Source: Caldivirga maquilingensis IC-167
Lineage (GTDB): Archaea; Thermoproteota; Thermoprotei; Thermoproteales; Thermocladiaceae
NCBI RefSeq assembly: GCF_000018305.1
Contig: NC_009954.1
Location: forward strand, 1,110,001-1,142,000
DNA: 32,000 nt
Reading direction: 5' to 3'
This document shows positions 7,030 through 18,539 of the stretch, piece after piece. The notes beneath the pieces are model-generated. The model searched no databases and was not told the DNA's origin. It saw only the letters and a list, made by a program, of their open reading frames with translations. Every line of letters starts with the position of its first letter. Positions within the stretch are counted from its first letter, which is position 1. Both the position numbers and the translations under genes were made by a program.

Positions 7030-7281
7030 ATGATTGGAACACAAGATTCATTAGTAGAATATGTGGTATTAGTAATGGTGACAGTAATAATGGGAATAAT
7101 AATTGGCTACTGGCTACCATATTTTATAATTTTGCTTTCTAATAATGGAATAATCACCCTTATTGAAGCACTAATACTTGAATTAACTGGAGCAGCACTA
7201 TTGGCGATGGCGGCATTGGCTGCTGGGATTCTGATTGGGTCTTGGATTCAGTCCAGGATAGAACAGTCTTCACCATGGTAA
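7030..7281 (+). CDS. Small hydrophobic membrane protein (about 3 predicted TM segments), hypothetical
   Basis: The 83-aa ORF is strongly hydrophobic (VVLVMVTVIMGIIIGYWLPYFIILL, LTGAALLAMAALAAGILIGSW). It lies in an AT-rich accessory block. No recognisable motif. Confidence 0.4.
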   Translation: MIGTQDSLVEYVVLVMVTVIMGIIIGYWLPYFIILLSNNGIITLIEALILELTGAALLAMAALAAGILIGSWIQSRIEQSSPW

Positions 7282-7497
7282 GTCCATTCATTGTAGGCTA
7301 ATGATTTAAATTTAAAACATGAATTCTTTATTGAGATAAACAACCTATTTTCCTCAATTAATTAAGACTCAGTATTATAGGACTCTATTGATCCGAGTAA
7401 AGAGTAAGCAATGCTCCAAAATAGCGAATATAACCTATCCTAGAAAAACGGAGAAATATAGAGAAAGGTTTATAAAGAATGCTTAAGCCCTTATACT

Positions 7498-7758
7498 ATG
7501 GATAGTGAAATAAAGGATATATTATTAATTATTGTAGGAGTTGCAATAATTGCGATAGTGCTTATTGCATCATATAAGTTAGCTAACTTAGTTGAGGTTT
7601 CCATAACTTGGTTTTCTAATATCACTGGAATAAATATTCCTGCTAATGTAAACTTCCTGAATCCCGCAATATCAACATTTACATTAGCTGGAGAAGTATT
7701 TATAGTAGTTGGTTCCATAATAGTTGGTTCCGGTATTATACGTATTTACTCCTCCTAG
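7498..7758 (+). CDS. Small membrane protein (2 predicted TM segments), hypothetical
   Basis: The 86-aa product has hydrophobic segments ILLIIVGVAIIAIVLIASY and AGEVFIVVGSIIVGSGII. An antisense ORF at 7491..7718 overlaps it, so the strand choice is uncertain. Confidence 0.35.
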   Translation: MDSEIKDILLIIVGVAIIAIVLIASYKLANLVEVSITWFSNITGINIPANVNFLNPAISTFTLAGEVFIVVGSIIVGSGIIRIYSS

Positions 7759-7947
7759 TGCCCTCTGGGTTGCTACAGAGGAACCATTTACTGTAAGTTC
7801 ATGATTAACATTAATCTAAATTTAAGAACCATCTTCATTAAAGGAGGTTTTCAATGAATTAAGAGTAGTGTTAGAATTCTGTATATTATCTAGCCATAAT
7901 TAGGATGGATGAATATGTGACTACTCAATGTGTTTCATTCTTATTCA

Positions 7948-8688
7948 TTAATTTGAATCCTTTCCCATACTTCTCATGATAAAAGCACCAATTCTAATTT
8001 CTTTAGAAGTAGCCCCATAAAGGGAGTAATATCTGATTGTTGAGTATTGAACCCAAGCGTAGTCCCCGCTTCCACTTCTCTGGTAACTGTAGCCGCCTGG
8101 GCCATTGATGCCAACGTTGATGCTCCACGGGATGCCTAATGAATCATTAGTAATCATTATGGTCACTGAACCCTCCCCACTACTTGATGCCTGTGTCTCA
8201 CCAGTGCCGTTACCGTATTCAGTTATTACCCATCTTAACATTACCCAGTTACACGTATTTGATGCCTGTGTTGGGCATACTTTAACAGATATGCCGTTGT
8301 AATGCCCCTTAATGATCATTAATAATGCGTGCCCGGGCTCCAGGAGTAGTCTACCGTTGATTACTATTGGTTCACTATGGTTAAGTATAGTGTAGGTTAA
8401 GTAATCCATGATTGAGTTCACGCCTATTAATACGCCTGAATTATTGGTTAAAGCGTACATGCCGTCTAAGTAGGCGTTAACCCTACCCAAGTTACCGAGG
8501 ATTATGAGTGTTGAGTTACTCATTGCGAAGCCGTAGGCCTCGAGCACAATGTTGGCTAACTCCTCATGTGCAATTAAGTAACGGGAGTAGTTACTGTAGC
8601 TCACTGATGCGTAGGTTAATATTATGGTGACTGCAGCTATTGAGGCGACTAGTATTATCGCCTCCTCAACGGCCTCCATTGGTTGCAT
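7948..8688 (-). CDS. Membrane-anchored or secreted protein with an N-terminal hydrophobic helix and a sequon-rich ectodomain, hypothetical
   Basis: The 246-aa product starts MQPMEAVEEAIILVASIAAVTIILTY, which is reminiscent of archaeal pilin or archaellum accessory N-terminal helices. No clear [KR]-[GA] class III cleavage motif is present. It has six N-x-S/T sequons (NYS, NST, NNS, NHS, NGT, NDS) and a Gly/Ser-rich C-terminal half. Confidence 0.5.
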   Translation of the reverse strand: MQPMEAVEEAIILVASIAAVTIILTYASVSYSNYSRYLIAHEELANIVLEAYGFAMSNSTLIILGNLGRVNAYLDGMYALTNNSGVLIGVNSIMDYLTYTILNHSEPIVINGRLLLEPGHALLMIIKGHYNGISVKVCPTQASNTCNWVMLRWVITEYGNGTGETQASSSGEGSVTIMITNDSLGIPWSINVGINGPGGYSYQRSGSGDYAWVQYSTIRYYSLYGATSKEIRIGAFIMRSMGKDSN

Positions 8689-8787
8689 TGGGTTAATGGT
8701 TGGGTTAATGATAAGTACGTAGGGTTATGTTTAAGTTGAGTTTACCCTACTTGGATTAATTTAAAAAGGAGTCATTGAGGCATCCCC

Positions 8788-9567
8788 ATGCGTGTAATAA
8801 CCCTACTCACTGACTTCGGTAATGGGGATTACTTCGTGGCATCAATGAAGGGGGTTATACTGGGTATTAACCCTAACGTAACCATAATTGATATAACGCA
8901 TGATGTACCATCCTTCAACATACGTAAGGCAGCATTCATACTATGGGCAACCTACAGATACTTCCCAAGGGGTAGTGTTCACGTTGCCGTCGTTGATCCG
9001 GGTGTTGGAACCAGTAGGAGGGCTATTGCAGTAATGAGTAGGAATTACTACTTCATAGGCCCGGATAACGGTGTCTTAACCATGGCTGCTGAGGATGATG
9101 GTGTATTGGAGGTTAGGGAGATAAGTAATAGGGGGGTTATGTTGAGTGATGTTTCATCAACATTCCACGGTAGGGATGTGTTTGCACCCGCGGCGGCTTA
9201 CCTTGGTTTAATTGATTTTAAGGATTATGGACCATTAGTGAGTGATTACGTTAAGTTAACCATGCCTAAGCCCGTTGAGAGGAATGGTGTAATTGAGGCC
9301 CAGGTGGTTTACGTGGATAAGTTCGGTAACGTCTACACCAGTGTTAGGAGGGGTATGTTTAACATAAATTATGGCGACTACATTACGGTTAACGTTAAGG
9401 GTAGGGGGATTAGGCTTGGGGTTAATAGGTCCTACGGGTACGTTAACAAGGGTGAGGCCCTCGCCCTCTTTAATAGTATGGGTTTCCTAGAATTGGCGAT
9501 TAATGGGGGGAGTTTCTCCAGTGAGTATGGGTTAAGTGAGGGTGATGTTATTCAGATTGTTCGCTAG
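8788..9567 (+). CDS. S-adenosyl-L-methionine hydroxide adenosyltransferase family protein (DUF62)
   Basis: The N-terminus ITLLTDFGNGDYFVASMKGVI, VVDPGVGT and FHGRDVFAP are hallmarks of the family. The length is 259 aa. Confidence 0.85.
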   Translation: MRVITLLTDFGNGDYFVASMKGVILGINPNVTIIDITHDVPSFNIRKAAFILWATYRYFPRGSVHVAVVDPGVGTSRRAIAVMSRNYYFIGPDNGVLTMAAEDDGVLEVREISNRGVMLSDVSSTFHGRDVFAPAAAYLGLIDFKDYGPLVSDYVKLTMPKPVERNGVIEAQVVYVDKFGNVYTSVRRGMFNINYGDYITVNVKGRGIRLGVNRSYGYVNKGEALALFNSMGFLELAINGGSFSSEYGLSEGDVIQIVR

Positions 9568-10138
9568 AGCTGTACTCACTCATTAATGAGTGGTAGTAGT
9601 TGTATATTCTGTAGAAGTTATCCTTAAGTTCACTGGAGTCCACGAAGTTATCCTTACTAACCTTAATACCATTAACCCTCACGTTCTCCATGCTTAAAAG
9701 CATCGCCTTAATACCCTTACCATCCCTATGCCACGCACTGTACCCGCCTATTGTGCCATCCCTGTTAATAACCCTATGGCATGGGATAAGGACGGGCATA
9801 GGGTTCTTTGAGGCGAATAGGCCTATTAGGCGTGGGGTCATGTTGAGTAATTCAGCTAAGTCACTGTAGGAGGCTACGAAACCCCTCGGTATGGCTAGTA
9901 TTGCAAGCATAACTAGGCCTAAATTATCATTAGGTATCTTAGCCATCCTAACCACAGTTAATGGGTCTGGTTCAACGTAATCAGTAATGTTGATGTTACT
10001 GAACTTGCGTAGAAATGAACTGATTCTAATTATCGTGGTCTTATCCACCAATCCCTTGAAATCCCTGTGAACCAAGAGCCCTAGGTCACTCTTACCCAGC
10101 CTCCATAGTTGATCGCTATTCTTCACGAACTGATTCAA
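9548..10138 (-). CDS. ogt: Methylated-DNA--protein-cysteine methyltransferase (O6-alkylguanine-DNA alkyltransferase)
   Basis: The active-site motif IPCHRVI and the following DGTIGGY are present. The length is 196 aa. It converges on the DUF62 gene with a 20-nt overlap. Confidence 0.85.
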   Translation of the reverse strand: MNQFVKNSDQLWRLGKSDLGLLVHRDFKGLVDKTTIIRISSFLRKFSNINITDYVEPDPLTVVRMAKIPNDNLGLVMLAILAIPRGFVASYSDLAELLNMTPRLIGLFASKNPMPVLIPCHRVINRDGTIGGYSAWHRDGKGIKAMLLSMENVRVNGIKVSKDNFVDSSELKDNFYRIYNYYHSLMSEYSSSEQSE

Positions 10139-10224
10139 TTTTTAAACCTTAAAAACCGTTACCTATGCTGATACCATGGTAATTACTCCAAAGTATGGTT
10201 TATAAACAGTAATGATGCGTAGTA

Positions 10225-10515
10225 ATGGTGGAGGAATGCAGGGTTAAGGTTAAGTTCGCCGGTGTACTTGTTACATTTGCCGGTTCGGAAACCATTGATG
10301 TGGGTGTGAAATGCGGTTCAACGCTTAGGGATTTGCTTAGGCAATTAGCCAGTGTGAACCCTAGGTTGAAGAGGAGGCTTATTGAGGATGATGGACTCTG
10401 GCCAGGTGTCTACGTAGCCATTAATGACACTGACATTAGGCTGCTTAATGGACTCGACACTAGGTTGAATAACGGTGACGTAGTACTCTTCCTATCCTAT
10501 ATTCATGGAGGTTAA
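10225..10515 (+). CDS. MoaD/ThiS-family ubiquitin-like small protein (SAMP-like), C-terminal Gly-Gly
   Basis: The 96-aa product ends ...LSYIHGG* directly before the stop. Its size and beta-grasp-like pattern fit MoaD/ThiS/SAMP. Confidence 0.7.
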   Translation: MVEECRVKVKFAGVLVTFAGSETIDVGVKCGSTLRDLLRQLASVNPRLKRRLIEDDGLWPGVYVAINDTDIRLLNGLDTRLNNGDVVLFLSYIHGG

Positions 10516-10545
10516 TTTATTTAAACCCAATGCCGGTTAATCACG

Positions 10546-11040
10546 GTGATTGAACCAATTAGGCTTAAGTTAGGTGATGAGGAGGCTCAATTCATAGTCT
10601 ACACAATGCTGCTTGAGGAGCCGCTTAGTAATGAGGCTTTAAGCATGCTCCTAAGCAATACTGAGGCTGACGTGTTCATTATCATTGATGGTTCAACATC
10701 ACCCACGGTGAATGATCTACTGTACTACCTTTATTTAGCCCACAGGAATGTTAATGATGGTGTTTCAATAGCCAGGGATGCTAACGTTGAGGCTATGCTT
10801 TACGTGCAATGCACGACGCAGATTAATGAGGCTAAGAGGATTAGTGACCCATTGGGTAAGAGGCTTGTAACCGTGGCAGCCTTATCCATCGGGAGGGGTG
10901 TGAGGGTGAATCCACCCCTCGGTGACTTCTTCATTGGTTCAGTGAGTAGGCTTAGTAGGGGTGGTTGCGGTAGAGGTAAGGTTATTAGGATGATTATGGG
11001 GAGGATTAGTACTAGGCGTCTAATAACTAATGATAGTTAA
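10546..11040 (+). CDS. cgi121: Cgi121-like protein (KEOPS complex subunit), tentative
   Basis: The 164-aa ORF has a GTG start. The segment IARDANVEAMLYVQCTTQINEAKRI matches the Cgi121 core pattern as I recall it from M. jannaschii (IAKSFWMEILVRASGQRQIHEAIKI). This is motif memory only. Confidence 0.5.
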   Translation: MIEPIRLKLGDEEAQFIVYTMLLEEPLSNEALSMLLSNTEADVFIIIDGSTSPTVNDLLYYLYLAHRNVNDGVSIARDANVEAMLYVQCTTQINEAKRISDPLGKRLVTVAALSIGRGVRVNPPLGDFFIGSVSRLSRGGCGRGKVIRMIMGRISTRRLITNDS

Positions 11041-11065
11041 GCGTTTAAGCGCTGTTAAAGGGCCT

Positions 11066-11124
11066 TAAGTGTGATGAACCCAGACGGCCCTGAGCCTTGA
11101 TGAGCTATGCCAAGACTGAATGAT
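11066..11124 (+). ncRNA. C/D box sRNA (2'-O-methylation guide)
   Basis: The architecture is canonical for archaea. C box gtgatga is at 11071-11077, followed by a 12-nt guide acccagacggcc (11078-11089). D' ctga is at 11090-11093, then a 3-nt spacer. C' ttgatga is at 11097-11103, followed by a 12-nt guide gctatgccaaga (11104-11115). D ctga is at 11116-11119. The C box starts 31 nt downstream of the upstream stop. Confidence 0.75.
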
Positions 11125-11314
11125 GCTTTTAAGGTAATGTTTAAGGAGTTAAGTAATATTTAACATATATAAAGATGCAAACTACATTGATCTATAAATT
11201 ATTTTTAACTGAATCTATTTTATTATTGGTTTCTATTCAAAATATATTGCTAATAGTCAAGCGGTTTACTTAGAAAGATTTAAAAATATCAAGGGGATTA
11301 TTTAAGCGAGGTTT

Positions 11315-14138
<2,824 letters not shown>

Positions 14139-14144
14139 ACTAAT

Positions 14145-14169
14145 TTTTAATTTAAGCCTTAAATTAAAA
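14145..14169. terminator. AT-rich perfect 12-bp inverted repeat between convergent genes (possible bidirectional terminator)
   Basis: ttttaatttaag (14145-14156), c, then cttaaattaaaa (14158-14169). A T5 run is adjacent. It lies between OFOR-beta (+) and the UPF0173 gene (-). Confidence 0.35.
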
Positions 14170-14179
14170 GCTCCTTATT

Positions 14180-14863
14180 TCACTTAATAGGCAGGTTAAG
14201 TACATCTCCAGGCTTCATCACGTAAACCCTCACGTGGGGGGCTAGGGACTCGGTTAGGTTCCTGAATTCCTCAGGATCCTGCCTAATCTGGGGGAAGGTG
14301 TTGTAGTGCATTGGCACCACAGCCCTGGGGTTTATTAGGGATACTGCGTAGGCCGCTTCCCGTGGACTCATTGTGAAGTAACCGCCTATGGGTAGTAGGG
14401 CCACGTCAGGCTTATATAATCTGCCTATCAACTCCATGTCACTGAATAAACCCGTGTCACCGGCGTGATAAATAACGGCCTCAGGGGACTTAATTACGAA
14501 GCCTACTGGTGAACCATGGGTTGAGCTGTGTAGTGCTGGAGTCATGTAAACCTCTATCTCGTTAGTTAATTTAACGGGTCCACCAATGTTCATACCTATG
14601 GTGTTCTTAACCCCCTCCTTCTCGGCTAGGTAAACGGCTAGCTCGAATATTGATACAACCGTGGCGTTAGTCTTATTGGCTATTTGAACCGCCTCACCCA
14701 AGTGATCTGAGTGATCATGGGTCACCAGTATGAAGTCTACCTTACTTAACTCACCTAGGGTTACTGGGGAATTGGGGTTTGATATCCATGGGTCAATAAG
14801 TATTCTCTTACCCATTAATTCCACTTCAAAGGCCGCATGCCCAAGCCACTTCAAGTAACCCAT
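14180..14863 (-). CDS. UPF0173-family metal-dependent hydrolase (metallo-beta-lactamase fold)
   Basis: The 227-aa product has the N-terminus LKWLGHAAFEVEL..ILIDPW and the metal motif THDHSDH. Confidence 0.8.
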   Translation of the reverse strand: MGYLKWLGHAAFEVELMGKRILIDPWISNPNSPVTLGELSKVDFILVTHDHSDHLGEAVQIANKTNATVVSIFELAVYLAEKEGVKNTIGMNIGGPVKLTNEIEVYMTPALHSSTHGSPVGFVIKSPEAVIYHAGDTGLFSDMELIGRLYKPDVALLPIGGYFTMSPREAAYAVSLINPRAVVPMHYNTFPQIRQDPEEFRNLTESLAPHVRVYVMKPGDVLNLPIK

Positions 14864-14874
14864 GATCCTAGAGG

Positions 14875-14888
14875 CTTAACGCATCTTA
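14875..14888. repeat. Proximal copy of a 14-nt direct repeat cttaacgcatctta in the promoter region of the hydrolase gene
   Basis: It is identical to 14964-14977. On the minus strand it reads taagatgcgttaag, 12-25 nt upstream of ATG 14863 and just downstream of a tttttaa TATA-like box. Confidence 0.6.
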
Positions 14889-14963
14889 AAAAGTTAACCC
14901 CTGAGGAATATTAGGGCATTTACCTAACAGTGCCCTGGTTTTAATCATAAGTAATTAACTCAA

Positions 14964-14977
14964 CTTAACGCATCTTA
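14964..14977. repeat. Distal copy of the 14-nt direct repeat cttaacgcatctta
   Basis: It is identical to 14875-14888, 89 bp away, and is also preceded on the minus strand by an AT-rich taatttatg. Confidence 0.6.
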
Positions 14978-15053
14978 CATAAATTAGTCCTCGAGGGTTT
15001 ACTAAGTCTAGTGAGGATGAGTACGATATTTAAGGTGAATCATGGGTCTTAGA

Positions 15054-16127
15054 TCATTCACCGTATATTAACCGATACAGTTCATTACTCAGCTTTAAGC
15101 CTGAACCCGTTAAAATAACTACAGTTGTGCCACTTAGGTTCACTTCCTTAAGGGCCTTAAAGACAACTGCGCTTGTTGGCTCAATTATGAACCCTAACCT
15201 AATACCCTCCCTTAACCCCTCAATAACCCCCTGATCATTAACAACCACCACGTCACCTCCAGTGTCCCGTATCGCGTCAATTATCTGAGTTAACCTAGGT
15301 GGCTGGGGCACTATTATGCCGTCGGGTAAGGTTGCCTTAACACCCATGGGTGTGTTGTGAAGCATACTGTAAGCCCACTCGTAGCCTGATGCCTCAACGG
15401 CTATTATCCTAGGTGTGTCTTTAATAAGCTTCAATTCCTCAGCCTCCTTGAAACCTAAGTATAGGCCTAGGGTTAAGGTACCGTTACCTAGGGGTGCAAC
15501 AACATTATCAATGTTCCCTAATTCTAATGCTAGTTCATAAGCTATTAACTTAACGCCATGTATGAAGAAGGGGTTCCATGAATGACCAACGTAAACCCCC
15601 TCTGTGAAGCTCATGGCAAGTGATGATGCATCAGCCCTAGTTGCAGCCTCAACCACATTAGCGCCTAGGAGCCTCATAAGTCTCTTCTTAGCCTCAGGGG
15701 CCGTCTTAGGGACGTAAATCCTAGCCCTAACCCCCTTAACCGCGGAGTATGCTGCTAGGGATAGTCCAGCATTACCGCTTGAATCCTCAACCACAGTGAC
15801 GTCATTACGTAGTACTGATAGGGCAAGACTCCACCCCCTATCCTTAAATGAACCAGTGGGGTTAAGGTACTCAAGCTTAAAGTAGTAATCACCCCTCCTA
15901 ACCAGTGGGGTTAAACCTTCACCAAGGCTTAACGGCTCCTTAACAGGTAGAATCCTCGTTAATTCACTTCTACTAAGCTCCCTAGGTCTCCTTAAATCAT
16001 AATTCACATTCAACGGTGACCCGCATCTAGGGCACTTGATAAGCCAGGTATTAGCCTCGGTTGTGAAGCCGCATTTAGGGCACTTGTACGTTACCTCCCC
16101 GCTCATGTTAGTTAAGTTAAGCACCAT
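15054..16127 (-). CDS. thrC: Threonine synthase-like PLP-dependent enzyme with an N-terminal zinc ribbon
   Basis: The 357-aa product has CPKC...CPRC at the N-terminus and the PLP-lysine motif NPTGSFKDRG. Confidence 0.65.
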   Translation of the reverse strand: MVLNLTNMSGEVTYKCPKCGFTTEANTWLIKCPRCGSPLNVNYDLRRPRELSRSELTRILPVKEPLSLGEGLTPLVRRGDYYFKLEYLNPTGSFKDRGWSLALSVLRNDVTVVEDSSGNAGLSLAAYSAVKGVRARIYVPKTAPEAKKRLMRLLGANVVEAATRADASSLAMSFTEGVYVGHSWNPFFIHGVKLIAYELALELGNIDNVVAPLGNGTLTLGLYLGFKEAEELKLIKDTPRIIAVEASGYEWAYSMLHNTPMGVKATLPDGIIVPQPPRLTQIIDAIRDTGGDVVVVNDQGVIEGLREGIRLGFIIEPTSAVVFKALKEVNLSGTTVVILTGSGLKLSNELYRLIYGE

Positions 16128-16229
16128 GAATAAGGAACTGTGCTCAGCTTTAAAACTAATTCACGGTTAGGAATACTTCTAGGTATTATTGAAATACTTG
16201 CTTAGGGCCTTTTTTAAATTAAGCCGTGT

Positions 16230-16460
16230 TTAAACCCTCCTTAATCCCCTAGCATCAATGCTGGCTTCACCCAGCCTCTTATAGCCTGTTTCATCATACG
16301 TGTAGACCTTGGCATCATCCTCATCCTGCACTAGTTTATGCTTCCCACTGCAGAACGGGTACTTATCACTCAGCCCACACATGCATATGGCTACTGTTTC
16401 CCCGCTGGGAAGCTTATATACGTATGGTTTCTTAGCCGTATGTATAACTAGCCTAGCCAT
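16230..16460 (-). CDS. CDGSH-type iron-sulfur domain protein
   Basis: The 76-aa product contains CMCGLSDKYPFCSGKH. This fits C-x-C-x2-S-x3-P-x-C-x-G-x-H, a variant of the CDGSH signature. Confidence 0.7.
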   Translation of the reverse strand: MARLVIHTAKKPYVYKLPSGETVAICMCGLSDKYPFCSGKHKLVQDEDDAKVYTYDETGYKRLGEASIDARGLRRV

Positions 16461-16661
16461 GGCGCATTTGATTTATGGTATTTTAAAAACGTGTCGCGTC
16501 TGTTAATTCATAATGTTTGAATGATTTATGTATTTAAGGACTACCTGTGAACCATAATTATATTAATATATAGAGTATGTTATTTCACAATTTGCATTAA
16601 TGTTAAATCTAAGTAGTTATAGGGGGTAATGCTTATAAGGAATTAAGAATAGCTCCTTTTT

Positions 16662-16874
16662 ATGTCTAGTAATGTTGGCTTAGGTAGAAGGGTTACTGCC
16701 GCAATACTCTTCATAGTGCCGTGGGTTTTCTACCTAGTGTTACCAGTGTATAATAGGGTTAATCCTGAGGTTGGTGGTGTACCATTCTTCTACTGGTTTC
16801 AAACCCTTTGGTTAATTATAGCCGCTGTATTAAGCCTAATAGGAGTGTATTTGATTTATGGTGGTGAGTCATGA
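16662..16874 (+). CDS. Small two-TM membrane protein coupled to the solute symporter (DUF3311-like)
   Basis: The 70-aa product has two hydrophobic helices. A 4-nt ATGA overlap links it to the downstream symporter gene. Confidence 0.6.
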   Translation: MSSNVGLGRRVTAAILFIVPWVFYLVLPVYNRVNPEVGGVPFFYWFQTLWLIIAAVLSLIGVYLIYGGES

Positions 16875-18433
16875 TTGGGATTGCTGGTTGGGTATCATTC
16901 CTAGTACTCTTCGTAATCTTCGTGCTGCTGGGCTTCTATGGGGCTAGGTGGCGTAGGGGTGATTTAAGTAGGCTTGATGAGTGGGCCTTAGCAGGTAGGA
17001 GGTTAGGCACGTTCCTGGTTTGGTTCCTAGTTGGCGCGGACTTATACACGGCATACACATTCGTCGCCGTTCCCGCTGGCGTATTTGCGAAGGGTGCATT
17101 ATACTTCTTCGCGGTACCCTACGTGGCCACTGTATTCGCATTAGCCACGGCAGTTATGCCCCCTCTCTGGGAGTGGTCTAGGAGGAGGGGTTACATTACG
17201 GCCGCTGACTTCGTTGAGGATAGGTTTAACAGTAGGTTATTGGCTGCATTAGTGGCGTTAACTGGTATAGTGGCTGAGTTACCTTACATTGCGCTTCAAA
17301 TAGTGGGTATGAGTGCTGTGTTAGCCGTTATGCTGCTTAATGTTGTCCCTGGGGCTAGCCTTGAGTTTGTGAGTGACTTAGCCTTAACCATAGCGTTCAT
17401 AATACTGGCGGCCTTCACATACACCAGTGGTTTAAGGGGTGCTACCTTAACGGCCGTGTTTAAGGATGCGTTAATATTCCTAAGCATAATAGCAATACTT
17501 ATTGCCGCACCCATAGCCATACCAGGGGCATTCCACACAGCCTTCAAGGTAGCCTCAAGCCTAAACAGCGGTAAAGGCTTACCCACAGGCACCAGTAGCC
17601 TTAATTCAGTATTCTCCTCAGCCTACTTATCACTTTGGGTTGGTAGTTCACTGGCGCTTTACCTATACCCCCACTCCGTTAATGGAGCCTTAAGCGCCGA
17701 GAGTAGGCGTAAACTAGCTGTGAGCACGGCCCTACTGCCAATATACGGTATTGGGCTTGCCTTACTGGCTCTTTACGGAATACTGGTTTACGCTGATTCA
17801 CAGGCCCTTAACATTATAAGGAGTTTCCCATCAACTGGGTACGCCGCTGTAATTAAAGGTAACTTACCCATACCAGCCCTAGCAGCCACAATACTGCCTG
17901 ATTGGTTAGCCGGGGTGGCGTTACTGGGCATTTTCATTGGGGGTATGGTGCCTGCGGCAATTATGGCTATGGCTCAGGCGAATTTACTGACCAGGAATGT
18001 GGCTAGGTATGTGGTTAAATTAACCCCCCAGGGCGAGGCCAGGTTGGCTAAGTGGGCTTCAGTTTTCTTTAAGTTCCTTGCACTTGTCTTCGCCTTAATA
18101 CCGGCATTAGCCTCAGTGTCAATAAACCTTCAACTACTTGGGGGAATAATAATAACCCAAACACTACCCCCAATATTCCTTGGCTTAGTCACTAATAGGT
18201 TTAATAAGTATGCACTCATGGCTGGTTGGGCTTCGGGAATATTAACAGGTGTATACATGTTTATCACTAGGTATATTGCAACAAAGGGTGCCTCACCAAC
18301 ACTATACCCGATTGCAGGCCACCTATACTACATTGCCGTATTAGCATTGGTAATAAACATACTAGTTACCTTAGTCGGCACCGCATTAGCTGTGTTAATT
18401 AAGAGAAGTGCCGTTAGTAAGGTTAAGGCATAG
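16871..18433 (+). CDS. Sodium:solute symporter family transporter
   Basis: The 520-aa polytopic membrane protein has an N-terminal pattern (GARWRRGDLSRLDEWALAGRRLG) typical of SSS transporters that pair with a small subunit. Confidence 0.75.
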   Translation: MIGIAGWVSFLVLFVIFVLLGFYGARWRRGDLSRLDEWALAGRRLGTFLVWFLVGADLYTAYTFVAVPAGVFAKGALYFFAVPYVATVFALATAVMPPLWEWSRRRGYITAADFVEDRFNSRLLAALVALTGIVAELPYIALQIVGMSAVLAVMLLNVVPGASLEFVSDLALTIAFIILAAFTYTSGLRGATLTAVFKDALIFLSIIAILIAAPIAIPGAFHTAFKVASSLNSGKGLPTGTSSLNSVFSSAYLSLWVGSSLALYLYPHSVNGALSAESRRKLAVSTALLPIYGIGLALLALYGILVYADSQALNIIRSFPSTGYAAVIKGNLPIPALAATILPDWLAGVALLGIFIGGMVPAAIMAMAQANLLTRNVARYVVKLTPQGEARLAKWASVFFKFLALVFALIPALASVSINLQLLGGIIITQTLPPIFLGLVTNRFNKYALMAGWASGILTGVYMFITRYIATKGASPTLYPIAGHLYYIAVLALVINILVTLVGTALAVLIKRSAVSKVKA

Positions 18434-18539
18434 GATAACTGACTACGTCTTAATTGTTAAATTAATATGCTCTTAAATGAGCCTTAGCTTAAATATGAAT
18501 TAATAATCATAGTTTATAAGGAGGCTTAATATAGGGGAT

